Below, in pieces: positions 1 to 13,501 of a stretch of 64,000 nt of DNA. A model generated the notes under the pieces. That model was not told where the DNA came from and did no database searches. It was given only the letters and a program-made list of their open reading frames with translations. Location: assembly GCA_051294375.1 (NCBI GenBank), contig CM119270.1, positions 8,667,213 through 8,731,212 of the forward strand, given 5' to 3'. The position numbers and the translations under genes were made by a program. Positions within the stretch are counted from its first letter, which is position 1, and each line of letters starts with the position of its first letter. Origin of the DNA: Paraspadella gotoi. Taxonomy: Eukaryota > Animalia > Chaetognatha.

Positions 1-581
1 CTTTTTCGTGTTCCGCTTCTCGCTGAGGGAGTGTGATGGGGGGGGGTGACGAAAGACGAATAGGAGAAGGAGGGGTTTTAGATTCACAACCAATGAAGAG
101 TGTAGGAGTCGTCGATCGAATAGAGAGCCCTCAACATTTTTAAATCATGCCTTCTCTGAAAAGATGAGACCAATGGACAACCAATCGAGGAAAGAAAAAA
201 CATTTGTTTCATAAGATTTGACCAATCAGTGATGAATAAGCGATATATACGAGTTGAAAAAAGAAAACCCATCAGAATATATATCGTTCCTCTAATTAAA
301 CAGAAAATATCCACTCCATCGCGGAGGTAAATTTCGTCTACCTTTTAGTTTTAAACATCATTACCTCCTCCATCAAAAACACAAAACAAGGTTCGAATCT
401 CGAGATATAGACCAATCGAAGCCAGAAAAAATCCGCGAGATTTTTTCATAATCTCGATTTCGCCAGTCGGGAGATTGTGAAAACTTAATGAGAAAACTTT
501 GAGCAACGAGTAGGATAGAGAGCGAGACCATCTGGGAGAAGACGAGAGAGAGAGAGAGAAGGAGAGAGAGAGAGAGAAGAA

Positions 582-618
<37 letters not shown>

Positions 619-619
619 C

Positions 620-658
<39 letters not shown>

Positions 659-2435
659 TGGCAGAGGGTCACTCAGCCACGCGTTCCTTTCACAAAGGCG
701 GTTTGTGATGTTTTTAAAAAGGCGTGACAGAAGGCTCTCAAAGAAAGAGAGGAGGCAGGAAAGAAGGAGGAGGAGGAGAGAGGGGGTGGGGACGAAGGCG
801 CCACGGACCTCAGAGTTTGTGGCTTGAAAATGGTTGAATGATTAATGATTCCACGCCATCCTTTTAAAATACGACATTCGTTTACGTTTTCGAAACCATC
901 TTTTTGTTAATATACTGTTTATTTTTTTTTCTTCTCTTTCCAATTTGGTAATGGTAAAATTCTGCCTTTAAAAAGGAATATTGAAGAATAAAAATAGAAG
1001 GGAGCTTGTAACATTTTATCTTTCTATCTCTCTCTCTCTCTCTCTCTCCTCTCTCTCTTCTCTCTCTCTCTCGTCTCTTCTCTCTTCTCGTCTCTCTCTC
1101 TCTCTCTCTCGAGATTTTCAAGCATTCGTCGAGGCAAAAGAAAATCTACTTCGTCGAAGTTAAAAGTTAAAAATCTAAAAAACGCGAATGAAAATCGAAT
1201 CCAATGAATCACATCAATTTTTTTTAAATTCATATCAGTTCAAAGGTAAAAATCCGGCGAATAAAACTCCAAAGGCTCGGGGTCGAAGCTCTCGACTTTA
1301 ATTCAATTCCGACTTTATTTTCAGTCGTTTCGCATTGAATGTCATGTCCTAAAATCTTCTTAGATGGTCGCATCAAACTTGTCTTTTGTCGCATCATTCA
1401 ATTAATTTCCATGAAATACGAGACTGGATTGAGTAACTCTTTTCGTCTAAAGTCGCTTTGGTCATGGTCCAGTCAGTTCATATAACTCAAAACTTTGAGC
1501 AACGATTTTCGATGGAAACCTGCGATTATGTGATGGAGTCCTTCGATATGTGATGGAGTCTGCGATTTATGTGATGGAAACAAGCCAAAAGTCGGATTTT
1601 ACTTGAAGGTTTTCTCGCATCCCCTCACATTTTGAAATCAAAAAAACAAATCGGAGTTTATAGCAAAAGGGTTGGAATCATTGCAGTCCCGAACCATATA
1701 ACACATAAACGAATCGTATTTAAAGTTGCAATAAAGTCGGTGTTTGTTGCTAGACTCATAAATAAATCAAAAAAACACTGGTAATTAAGATAATTAGCTA
1801 ATGTAAACTCGAGGTCATAGCTTTTAAAGTGAAATCGTTAAAATTGAAATAAATTCATTGTAAGATGTGAATAAAAAAAGCTAAAACCACTTATATAAAT
1901 AAGAATATCTAAAAGCTAAATAGTATCTTAAAATGAAGGAAATGAAATAAAGGAAGCCGAAACCTCCGCGAAAAAGGATTTGATTTTTTTTTCTCTTCTC
2001 GTCGTTAGACGTGATGTAAACAAAAAGTGAAATTTAGAAATAAAAGACGACGAATGACTGACGACGATGACGACGACGATGACACGACGATGACGACGAC
2101 GATGACTAAGGGATGACGTCGAAAAAGGGTTAAGTACTGTTTTATATGAGTATAGCGAGTGAAATTTCAGACATATTAATCGCGAACTCTAAATGTTAAG
2201 ACGTTCTCTGTATCAAATCCGATGCCTCGCATAGTTTCATTCTTGTCCCGCGCCTAAACACATTTACTTTACGTAGTTTGCATTGATATAAAAAATTCAA
2301 TTCATTTCCTCTCTTTTTTCTTCTTTCTTCTTTCTCCATAAATAAAAATACCCCCGCTGATGCTCTTCGATATTCCGAATTGATTCCCTAACATCTCATC
2401 TCTCTCTCTCTCATCTCTCTCTCTGCTCTCTTCTC

Positions 2436-2483
<48 letters not shown>

Positions 2484-2545
2484 CTCTACATCATTTTTGG
2501 CCAACCCTGAGGGGTTTTCCGAATTTTCTCGCTTTCGTTCTGCTT

Positions 2546-2570
2546 NNNNNNNNNNNNNNNNNNNNNNNNN
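2546..2570. other. assembly gap (25 N)
   Basis: Run of 25 N. Other 25-N gaps are at 9093-9117 and 29668-29692; 10-N gaps are at 8277-8286 and 9317-9326. Confidence 0.99.
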
Positions 2571-2849
2571 TTTTTTTTTAAATAATTTTTTTTTATCTAA
2601 TTGGACCAATTAAATCTGAAGAAGACTGTAAAATTATTTATGTTTTAACAACGTTAATGTTTCCGGTGGTAAATTCTGGATGCCAGTTTAAGGTTATTTT
2701 TTTCTTAAATGATTATTTTTTTTTACTTTTCTTTTTAGTTTGTTTTATACGGAGCAAGGGCGACTAAGCCTTAGTCTAAGTCAACAGAACGCATTGAGAT
2801 AGTTTTTTTAAATAACTATGAATTTTCAGACAAAGAGGAATGATTTTAT

Positions 2850-2917
2850 GACAAAGATTGAACAGATGACAGAGATTGAACAGATGACAGAGATTGAACA
2901 GAAGGCCACGATTGAAA
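2850..2917. repeat. 18-bp minisatellite (GACAGAGATTGAACAGAT)
   Basis: About 3.5 tandem copies visible; explains the MTEIEQ repeats in ORF 2818..3024. Confidence 0.85.
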
Positions 2918-4190
2918 CCGATTCACGATTAAGATCACCATCCGTCGACGATGTTGACGACGACGAAGACGACGACGACGATAACGACGAAGTTCTCATC
3001 TTGTTTTTCCTTTTTTTTGTTTAGGTTTTTTGTTTTGCGATACAAGAGAAAAATGTGTAAAATACGGACCAAAAGAACAAGCGACAATTGCTCAATGACC
3101 GTTAAAAAATAGTAAATTTTCTTTTTTTTATTTTATTTTTCTTATTCGTATGTACATCTACAAATATTTTTTTTGTAATATCAATAAGTATTCAACAATT
3201 ATCCATTGACGTCATAATGATACCCGCCATCGGTTCGGTCGACCGAGGGGTAAGGCGCGGTCGAAATTTTCGGACAAGCTTGAAAAAAGGTGAGGTCGTT
3301 GACTCGACAGTCAGGGTAAGTCGTTCGGATCGAAAGGGGGAGGAACTGGGCAATAGTGGGAGGGGAAACAGCCCGTGGCTGCACGACAAAGATGACGACG
3401 AAAATGATGACGAATTAGATGGCGACGAAGACGACGACGACGACGACGACGACGAGAGCCAAACGATGGAATTGAAGGAAGAAAACGACGACGACAACGA
3501 CGACGACAATGGATAAATAAGACTGGGAACTGGGAAGGGAACAACACTCCTTTTTGTCAAAGACGTCAGAAGAGATAATTAGTCTTCGTTCGGAAGGCGA
3601 AACATTTGTAGAAAGTGAAGGAGGACTTGACAATGTCAAGTTGACATGGAGCGGTGATGGAATCAAAGTCACTAACGTCCTCACGTGAGACATTTAACAT
3701 GAGGAGAGAAATCACGATGACGTGAGTTCGGAAAGAGAGACGAGGAAACTATTTCCTCGCCTGAGGATAAAAAAACGCGGCCGCTTCGCTGCAATTATTT
3801 TCGACTATAAACGAAAAATGTGCCCACTTGGCATTTGTTTTTAAGTTGACCATCTTTGGTAAGGCAAGTAAAAATACTCGAGCTCGTACTAAAATTTTTT
3901 TCTTTTACACTAACAATGACAATGACGCAATACAAGTCCTGAGAATTAACAATAAATACTGATGATTGGCCAACTTTACAAACGGTTTTAGGGATGAGGC
4001 AGATGATGATGATGATGACGACGATGATGACGACGACGATTCCTCTTCGGCGGTTTGAGTGGAGGCGGGCAAAAGTTTCACGAAAGGAATAATTATAATG
4101 TGAAGAAATCGACGGGTGATTTTCCTTCTGACGCCGACAATCACGTGATTGAAGTTTTTGTTCGAACGTAAAAACAAAATGTTTACTTGA

Positions 4191-5155
4191 TATGAAATTG
4201 GTACAACCAATATAAAAATTATCCATTCATTTAATAAATTAAGCTATTCTGTCCCCTGACTTTGGACAGGCTTTGGTGGGTTTAAGGCCTTCCATCACTC
4301 TTACAAGTAAATTACATTAGCACGGTCCCTGCAAGCTTTCAATCAGAACTCTCTCACAGTCCCGCGTTTATACTAGTAAAATATAAAGAAAGATACCTGG
4401 CCTTCCTATTCAAATTGAAGCTGGAAAATATTTCAAAAGAATGTTTGCATTGTATGAAAAGACCACTCCTTAAGTATTTAGTACTACTCGCACTAGCACA
4501 TAAATACAAGGACGCTGATTTTATGAAATTGGTACAACCAATATTAAAAATTATCCATTCATTTTAATAAATAAGCTATCTTGCCCCTGACTTTGGACAG
4601 GCTTTGGTGGTTTTAAGGCCTCCATCACTCTTACAAGATAATTACATAGCAGGTCCCTGCAAGCTTTCAATCAAGACTCTCTCACAGTCCCGTTTATTTA
4701 CTCCCAAGTACCTGGCTTCCCTATCAATGAAGTGGAAAATATTTTCAAAGAATGTTTCAATTGTATGAAAAAGACACTCCCTTAAGTATTTAGATCGGGG
4801 AGTACTTATTGTACTCCGCACTAGCATCAAAATACAAGAAGCTGAATTTTATGAAATGTGTACAACCAATATAAAAATTATCCATTCATTTAAAAATAAG
4901 CTATCTTGCCCCTGACTTTGGACAGGCTTTGGTGGTTTAAGGCCTCCATCACTCTTACAAGATAATTTACAGCAGAATTAGAGAATCAAAGGTTTTAAAC
5001 AACAATACATATACAACTCTGGGGCATCTAAGAACTTTAATTATGAAATTGGTACAACCAATATAAAAATTATCCATTCATTTAATAAATAAGCTATCTT
5101 GCCCCTGACTTTGGACAGGCTTTGGGTGGTTTATAGGCCTCCATCATCTACAAGA
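4191..5155. repeat. tandem array of a ~330-bp dispersed repeat family (unit starts ATGAAATTGGTACAACCAATATAAAAATTATCC)
   Basis: Units start near 4191, 4522, 4850 and 5042; the last two are truncated. The same family recurs at 21581-22334 and 31050-31800. Confidence 0.9.
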
Positions 5156-6056
5156 ATATATTATTTTTGAGTTTTTTGAAAGTTTTTAGATCTGAAGCCT
5201 ATAATTTAAATTTAATAGATGGATTTCGACACATTAATGCGAAAAATAAGAAAAATATCATAAATTTTATGTTGGGAAAACAGTGAGCGGGAAAATAGAG
5301 AACAGGATGAGTGTGTGAGAAAAAGAGAAAGAAAAAAAGGAAAAAAGAGAAAGAAACGAAAGAAACAAAAAAACGAATGAGAGGTAAAGAAAATAAAAGG
5401 AGAAAAAATTAGAGAAATGAAAGGAAAGAAAGAAAAAGCAAGAAAGCAAAAAAGTCTATAAGAACAACGAAAAATAATAACTAGAACAACAACAACGACA
5501 ATACCTTCAGTCGATCGCTCTCTCTCTCTCCCCCTTCTTCTTCAGATAACATATCCTAAACTATTCGACGAAGGTCATTGTGTGAAACTAATTGACGCCG
5601 ATGACGCCGAGTGACGGTCGTTGACGCGACTCGTGACGGCGACAGTGACACAAACGAAGACGAAGAGTCTAATAAAATTGGAGTCTGTGTCACGATCTCC
5701 GGCGACGCCTCGATTTACTAAACAAACTGGATGCCGAATTTTTCGACGAAAAAAGCCTTAGTTATTCCCGAATTTATTGTGAGAAAAAAAAAGATTTTAA
5801 ACGAGAGCGAAAATGGTATAAAAAATGAGATAAAACGATGAGAAATACAATAAATATTTGTGTGAAGTTTAGTGCTCGATTCGTGAAAAAAAATAAGAAC
5901 TATACTAAGTAGACGGAATCAGTAAATGGTAAGTAAATGGTTACGTGGGTGAATGGTGAATAGTAAGGTCACTTCATAAATTGCCACTCGTGAAAGTCTT
6001 TCTATCTTTAATCCTCACTTCTTATACTAGTTGTTTTGTTTAGTTAATTTCTTCTT

Positions 6057-6428
6057 CTATGTCTTCCTCTCTCCTTCTAATCCCTTCTCCTCTGTTCCCC
6101 TCCTCCCTTCTCTCCCTCCATCCTCTCCTCCTTCCTCCCACGCCCTCTTCCCCACCGACCGCATCGCCTCCCCGAAATATTCCATCGCCTCGACGAGACT
6201 GATGACGGACACGCCCATCCACAGGCCCAGGTGGCCGCCCACCGTGCCCACCAACTGGAGGAGGGACATGACGTAGATTTGCTCCGAGGTTTTGTGGATG
6301 AGGGATTCGTAGACGAGTTGGAGACCGTTGAAGTCGGCGCTCTGGGGCGGAAGGGAGAAACTGTTGTCAGGTGGTATCTCCTGGATGGAACTGGCCGAAG
6401 TGAAAAAAGTGAGAAAACGCATTCTGCC
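6057..6428 (-). CDS. DEG/ENaC last exon (TM2 and selectivity filter GxS)
   Basis: LQLVGTVGGHLGLWMGVSVISLVEAMEY; acceptor TTTAG ending at 6429; stop at 6057. Confidence 0.92.
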   Translation of the reverse strand, partial: GRMRFLTFFTSASSIQEIPPDNSFSLPPQSADFNGLQLVYESLIHKTSEQIYVMSLLQLVGTVGGHLGLWMGVSVISLVEAMEYFGEAMRSVGKRAWEEGGEDGGREGRRGTEEKGLEGERKT

Positions 6429-9160
6429 CTAAAGGTCTTGGGTTCTAAGCGTGACAGTCCGGTTAATTAACTAATTAGTAAACCTATCATCCGATGCGAA
6501 GATAACTATCACGCACTCATTGGGCGCACCTCCAAATCCAAATGGGACACATGAAAATTCAAAACATTATTTCTCTTTTAGCTTTAGTTTTTTAAAATAC
6601 TATGCGAATGTTGCGGACTCAGATTTTGTTAAAAGAATCAAGTTTCAAGATTTGTTTTCGGTTGTTGTTGTTGTTGATGTTATTTGGTTCAGTTCAAATG
6701 TTTATTGTCGTTGATTGAACCTCATATGAGGAGTGTCCCTCCGGGTAGGAAGCGTGACAAGCGGTCGGGCAGTTGATTTGAAATTCGTGAAGAAAATTAA
6801 ACCTGTTGAAGGTTTGAGGTTTGTTGAAAACAAGGTTGTAAATAATAAGCCTCAACAGCAACAGCAACAGCTCTGCGAGACCTGGTACAAACGTAAGCTG
6901 AGTACTTTCCCATGGCCTCCCAGTTCGGAAATCCCTTCGGCCAGGAATCCGTACAGTTGTCGAGGTAAGTATTCGACGAGTAATGATGAAGAAGGACGAT
7001 GAGGCCGTGATTGGTTTTTGTTCTTCGAAAAAGGTGAGGTCTCTCGCTTGCTGTATGCAGAGCGTACCTGACAATTAGTATTGAAGTAGAATTGGTGAGA
7101 AAAAATTTAAAATAAAGCTAATGATAATATGCTATTTATATTTTGTGATTTGCGTTTAATTATGCATATAGGAAAGAGTTGATGCTCCTAAGATGCAATT
7201 CTCACGTGCAATTCTCATTGCCAACCAAAAAATTTTAAGTCTCTAGAACGTTAAATAGTGGACAAGTCAGTTTATTCTTCTTTACCACAGATGATCGCAT
7301 TCTTCTCGGGAACAACACATTTATCCACGAAAGACTTGACAACACCTCGCCCATCGACGATACACACGGGGAACCGGCCCCCGTTGCCCCCGCCACAGAC
7401 CTCTCACCCATGATCCCGTCTCGCGCTCATGAAAAAGGTCAGGCCGCCAGTTTCGTTCTCCTCAGAGAAAGGCTCTGCGCCTGAGCGGGAAAGTCAAAAT
7501 TCTTGACTGTAATTTTCAAAATAATAACTTTGATATAATATCAAATAACTTATAAACATTTTAATATTTCAATCAAATAGCGCACCGAGTAAAAACGACT
7601 CATCCTGAAAGCGAAACCGTTCGTCCACTTCGAAGCAAAGCCTTTTCACGTCGACGTCTTCGAACCCAAGAGATCGAAAATGGGAAATCATTTCGTTCAC
7701 GAGATCGAAAAGGTCAGAGGGTGAGGCTGCCGATTCGGGCGCCAAGATGGGCGACAAGTTGCCGAAGCCAAAGGACCGGCCTCAATTTTGTGAAGACACA
7801 AAATAATTTTTGGTAACATTCACATGTAAAAATTCACTTTAACTTAATCTGACTTTGATATGGCACCGAGCTGATTATTTCTTTCCTAACCTCTCTCCGA
7901 AGCAGTTCCGTTCCGGATTCGCCATCCTTTCCACATCTCGTCTATCTTCTTCCGATATTTCAGGCACACCCTTCTCGCGGCCGGCGGCTTCAATTCATCG
8001 CATCGTCTCAACAACCTCGTCAGGGCCTCTCGTCGGTGCGACCGGGGATTCCGCACCGTGAGAGCAGGCGCGGGAAGAGGCTCCACTCGTTCCGTGACAA
8101 CGGTAGCGACGGAGAAGAGGAGGTACTGGAAGAGAGTGAATGAATGAATGAATGAATGAATGAATGAATGAATGAATGAATAGAATTGCCTCAACTAATT
8201 GATTTCATTTCATTTTTTTCCTTTTATTTTCAAATAAATTGACTGATTTTTATATGAAATTGGTACAACCAATGTANNNNNNNNNNAATGAATGAATAGA
8301 ATTGACTCAACTAATTGAATTCATTTCATTTTTTCCCTTTTATTTTCAAATAAAATGTAACCAATGTAACTTGAATGGATTTATATTGATTTTCTAATTA
8401 ACATGATATTGATCTGAAGGATTTATTGAATGATTTGTATGATGCATGATGTATGATTTGAATGATGTACCTGCTGGACAGTAGCGGTGATCTGATAGGT
8501 CATAATGCAGAAGGACGCCGCACTGATTATGAACCAGAAGAGGCGACGCCCGATGGAAGAAGAGAGAGGATCGGGAAGGTGAGGACTCCACTCGTTCCGT
8601 GACAACGTAGCGACGGAGAAGAGGAGGTTACGGGAAGAGAGTGAATGAATGAATGAATGAATGAATGAATGTGAATGAATGAATTGAATGAATAGAATTG
8701 CCTCACTAATTGATTTCATTTCATTTTTTTCCTTTTATTTTGCAAATAAATTTGGACTGATTTTAATATGAATTGGTACAACCAATGTAACCAAGTGATG
8801 ATCTTGAGTGGATTCTTATAGTTGTTTTCTATTAATCATGATTTATTGATGCGTGTGGATTTAGATTAGAAGTGTGTATGGATGCTGTATATGTAATGAT
8901 GTGTTAATTGATTGTTACGACGGACAGTGCGTGTATCTAGATTCTTATGGTCACTAATGCAGAAAGGACTGTATGTTGTTGGCTCTGATTTTTGCTTAAC
9001 TCAGTTATATGATGTGTGTACTTGCTCTCGATGGTCTTCGTCGTCGGTCTCTGTGCTGCGTCCGCGGCTTCGTCGACTGCTTCGTCGGAATCNNNNNNNN
9101 NNNNNNNNNNNNNNNNNGGATCGAGGTCACGCTGAAGAACGACTTCACCATGGCCGAAGC
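6057..9160 (-). CDS. DEG/ENaC (ASIC/degenerin-like) sodium channel subunit, multi-exon; 5' part disrupted by gaps and errors
   Basis: Pre-TM1 SFFSVTSI runs into an N-gap where the HG motif is expected (~9118-9150). TM1 RRLFWFIISAASFCIMTYQ (exon ending 8471). YLLFSVATVVTERVEPLPAPALTV resembles the FPAVTIC motif (exon 7891-8125). Phase-consistent exons 6882-7067 (NC..Y..C), 6721-6802 (CPTAC) and 6057-6428 with TM2 GGHLGLWMGVSVISLVE. Confidence 0.88.
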
Positions 9161-9660
9161 CGATAAATGGAGAGGTGGTCGATGGAAAAATGAATGGGAT
9201 AGTTGATGGAAAAATAAAGTGGTTGATGGAAAAATGAATGGGATAGTTGATGGAAAAATAAAGTGGGAGTTGACAGAAAAATTTGGGATGTTGTTGACCC
9301 CAATAAAAAAAAGATGNNNNNNNNNNAAATTACTGAAAATAAAATTAATCCCGCCGTGTTGAAAAAATATATCAAATAAAATCGAAACGTTTTTAGTTGA
9401 GAAAACGACGAAATTAAAATGAGACGGAAGCCAATTGCAGATTTGCGGATTCAAACAGATCAGATTTCTGAGAAAATCGATTTTCTCCACGAAAATAGAA
9501 ATAGAAATGGGTCAGGTTGTCATTCGGTTTGGCAAAACGCTAAATAGTGTAAATATATATTAATCTGTTTGCTAATTCATGTATTCTTCGGACATTTAAT
9601 TAAGGGAAATAACTAAAAACTAAAAACTGTTCATCGAATTGGCTAAAAAAATAATCAATT

Positions 9661-9699
<39 letters not shown>

Positions 9700-10514
9700 T
9701 TCATTAGTTGCATCTTTATTTCCATCTTTTCGTCGCAACAAAACTCAATAAATCGCGAAAACGATTTCCGCCTCTCATTTCTCCTCAACGCGCATGCGTC
9801 GCGAGAGAGGGCGTGACTCTTTCGCGACGCTTTTGAGTAACTTTGCCCGACGTTACTCGGTCACGAAACGTGGCATTTGTCCAAACGGCAAAAATTTTTT
9901 GGGTGGGAGACCGTGACTAATCTTTGGGTGGCTTTTCTCCAAAGATTCTTGTTTGCAAAATTTGGCGAGAATCGAATTTGGAGATGAAGTGGTTTCTCCC
10001 TTTCACCATCAGAGAAATCGGATGTTCGTCTAATTTAGTAGATTTGGTGTTTTACAAGATGCGCCTTACAAACCGAACATAATACGTTTAATCAATAATA
10101 AATTAATACATAAACTTACGGTAGTACATTATTAAATACAATTACTACGAAACCACTCTCTCTCTCTCTCTCTCTTTCTCTTTCTCTCTCTCTCTCTCAC
10201 ACTCACTCAACTTTAAAAAAAAATTAAGGTCATAAATCACTGCATCTAAATTCCGAAAGTTAACTCCTCGTTATTTTTCTCTTTTTGTTCGCCGCTTAGT
10301 ATATTAGTTCGTCTGTCCATCTGTTTTCAAAAATCATCCACTTTTGTAAAAATTTAATTTGAGGTTATTTTGGGGTCTTCCAGGGATAACTCTTAACGAA
10401 GTTGTACTGAAATATAGATAGAAACATAGGAATATGTAATACATTTATCCAAAGAAGCGATGAACTAACAATATTAAGAATATTAAGAAGAACTGACCAA
10501 TTCGGATATACGGA

Positions 10515-10554
<40 letters not shown>

Positions 10555-11391
10555 GGAGAGAGGAGAGGAGAGAGAGAGAGAGAGCCCAAAAAACTGGTTC
10601 AATTAAGATAAAACGTCTCCGAATCGTCTCGCGCTGTTTCGTTTATCCCGAGTCGAATATTAGCGATGGAGACTCGATTTTCATTATGAGATGGATCGTG
10701 TCGGCGGCGGATGCTGCTGCTGCTGCGGCGGCGGCGGCGGCGGCGGCCTCGGCCGTGGGGGGCGGAGGGGGAGAAGGCTCGGGACTCGGTCATGCGAGAG
10801 AAGGCGGGAAGCGAGGAGAGCGAAAGGAAAAACTGGACAAGTTTTTGGATCAAAGTAAAGTTTTGTTTAGTTTTCAATTTTTACAATTTTGTTTAATTTG
10901 CATTTGTCACCTCTTTTTGTTTAGGGGTTTTAGTATTATGTTTTCCCTTTTTTCACTTTTAAATTTACCAATTGTTTTTGGGTCATGTTTGCTTGCTTCA
11001 GTAATTGAATTTTCCGAAACGTTTTCGAATATTCTCTCTTTCCAGCTCAACCCAACAACATTACATCCTGACGAACAAAGCATATGAAAATATAAATACA
11101 AAAACGTATATATCTTTACAAATTCGAAACAAATCAAAGGCCATAAGGACATCACTTCGTCCGAAATGTGTTTTAAAATGGTTTTCATCGATTTTCTACT
11201 AAAAAAAATAAGCCAGAGGCTCAGAGGCTTCACTGCCAACATTTAGGACGAAAAAGATTCAGAAGATTTTGGCGAGTTCCTTCAGGCAAATCACTAAACG
11301 AAGAGGAATCCAGCATGTCTCTCTCTCTCTCTCTCTCTCTCCTCTCCCGTCCTCTTTTAACCCTCATCTCTCTTGCTCTTCTCATCTCTCT

Positions 11392-11426
<35 letters not shown>

Positions 11427-11920
11427 TCTCCTCTCTCTCTCTCTCTCTCTCTCATCCCGAAAAAAATGTTTCTGAAAGGATTCTCGTGTTTTCTCCTTTT
11501 GGGCCTCAACTTTTTTTTTTGAAAAAGGATGATAATCTTCCACACGGCTATTTAGTTTGAAGACATTGCGAACGAGATAGGGGGATAGAAAAGGTGAGGG
11601 GAGAAAAAGATAGATAGATAGATAGGTACGTATATAGATGGTCAGAATGACTAGATAGATAGATGAATAGTAGATAGATAAATATAAAAATATCTGTAAG
11701 TTAAATAATATTAAAAGATTAGTAATATAGAAGTATAAATTGATAATTTGATAATACAATGAAAGAGTAGCAAAAAGTAGCACTAAAGTTTTCGGATAGA
11801 ATCGATCCCGTTGAATCAATATTTTCAAGAGAAATGTTTAGATTTACAACGATTTCTATATCATCTTTTCTCTGACCTTAATCACACCTTAGACTTAGTG
11901 AACGGATGCTTGAAACAAAC

Positions 11921-12388
11921 TCACCAAGTACATAGTATTATACAAGCCTCTTCAACAGAAAAAGACCACAGAGAAACATAAAAAAAGAAAAAAACATAAA
12001 AAAACATAAAAAAACAAAAAAAACATAAAAAAAAACATAAAAAAGCAGTGTCTAATCGTTGGCAAACGAAGAAAAAGCGTCGAACGTAATCGTCGCACTC
12101 GACTTTTTGGGTCAGAGCGAAATCGTAAACTCGGGAGGGCAAAGTTTAAGATAAGCCACTCGAAAGAAGTTGACGCGAGAGAGAGAGTGAGAGAGAGAGG
12201 GAGAGGAGGAGAGTTAGAGAGCGAGAGAGAGAGAGAGAGAGAGAAATGGAGATTGAGAGAGAGAGATTGAAATGGAATTTTATTTCTTGATTCTCTGAAT
12301 CAGTAAACCGTAAAAGGAAAGAGACGGCGAGGAATAAAAAAAAACACACCTGAGGATTAAAAATTTTAATAAAATGTATGAACAAAAT

Positions 12389-12433
<45 letters not shown>

Positions 12434-12508
12434 ATTAAAGAATTAAAGAAATAAAGAATTAAAGAAAGAAAGAAAGAAAGAAAGAAAGAAAAAAGAATGA
12501 AATAAATA

Positions 12509-12568
<60 letters not shown>

Positions 12569-13437
12569 AGGAAGTAAAACATTTGAACTGAAATGTAAGA
12601 CCCTCTCCTTATCTTTCTCAAACAGATCCCTTTTCTCCTCAGTAAAGGCCTCACATCTCAACCAGATCCCTCAAGACCCCATCGCTTCGACCTCCGCCCT
12701 CCGCCTAACAACCTCTGCTCCGTGCCCTCTCCCCCGGCCGCTTCCTGACTAACCAATGGGCCATAGAACGGAAGAGGCCTCTCTCCCGAAAGGCGGCTTC
12801 TTCCGTCAAGTATCACTTACCCTCGATTCTCATTTGGAGTGAAACCCTTACCCTTTGAGGTCGTCAGGGGGTCATTCGGACATCCGCTCTTGCCCATCGT
12901 TCCCCCTCCTTCATGTCTCCCTCTAGTGTAGTGTCTCGATCTCTGTCTTCGTTTTGCTAGTTGACTAAGGAATATTTACGCCGGTAGATTTTCCCTACTT
13001 TTCGTATCGTAGTCGTCGTTGTCAAGTTACATCCTCGTCTGTCCTGATCGTCCAAATTTGACCGCCAATCTCCGCTGTTTTTCCCCGTCAAATATTCGGC
13101 ATTTATTCGTCGTCCTGATTAGATCGATCGACGTCGTCATCGTCGCCGTCATCGTCGCCGTCATCGTCGTTGTCAGCGTCGACAGATGATTCAAAAGTCC
13201 GAGGGTCAAGTGGGTGAAGAAGTGGATCGGTAAGTCTGAGGGTGAGTGAGGCGAAAAGAGCCGGACGAGGAAAGGGCGCTTATTAAAGAGTGAAGTGTCG
13301 TAAAGGAAGATGAGTTACGAGAACTTTCCGTTTGTACGAAAGTTAAATCTTAACTTGACGTAAAACTATTGGACAAGTGAGAGTGTGTGAGTGTGTGTGA
13401 GAGAGAATAGAGGAAGAGAGAGAGAAGGAAGAGAGAG

Positions 13438-13501
<64 letters not shown>

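Noticed and set aside
373-1233. Many SLSLSL/ERERER ORFs here and throughout the window
   Set aside because: They are translations of (CT)n/(GA)n microsatellites, not genes.
3192-4226. Possible coding exons (acidic or Ser-rich ORFs)
   Set aside because: The ORFs are driven by (GAC)n repeats; no recognisable domain or consistent splice chain could be built.
6195-6230. CTGATGA hammerhead core candidates (also 22713 and 32181)
   Set aside because: They lie within coding exons and lack a properly spaced stem II and GAAA.
8287-8790. Apparent duplicated DEG/ENaC exon (8590-8785 repeats 8083-8276)
   Set aside because: It is adjacent to N-gaps, error-rich and fused to the TM1 exon; most likely a local misassembly rather than an exon duplication.
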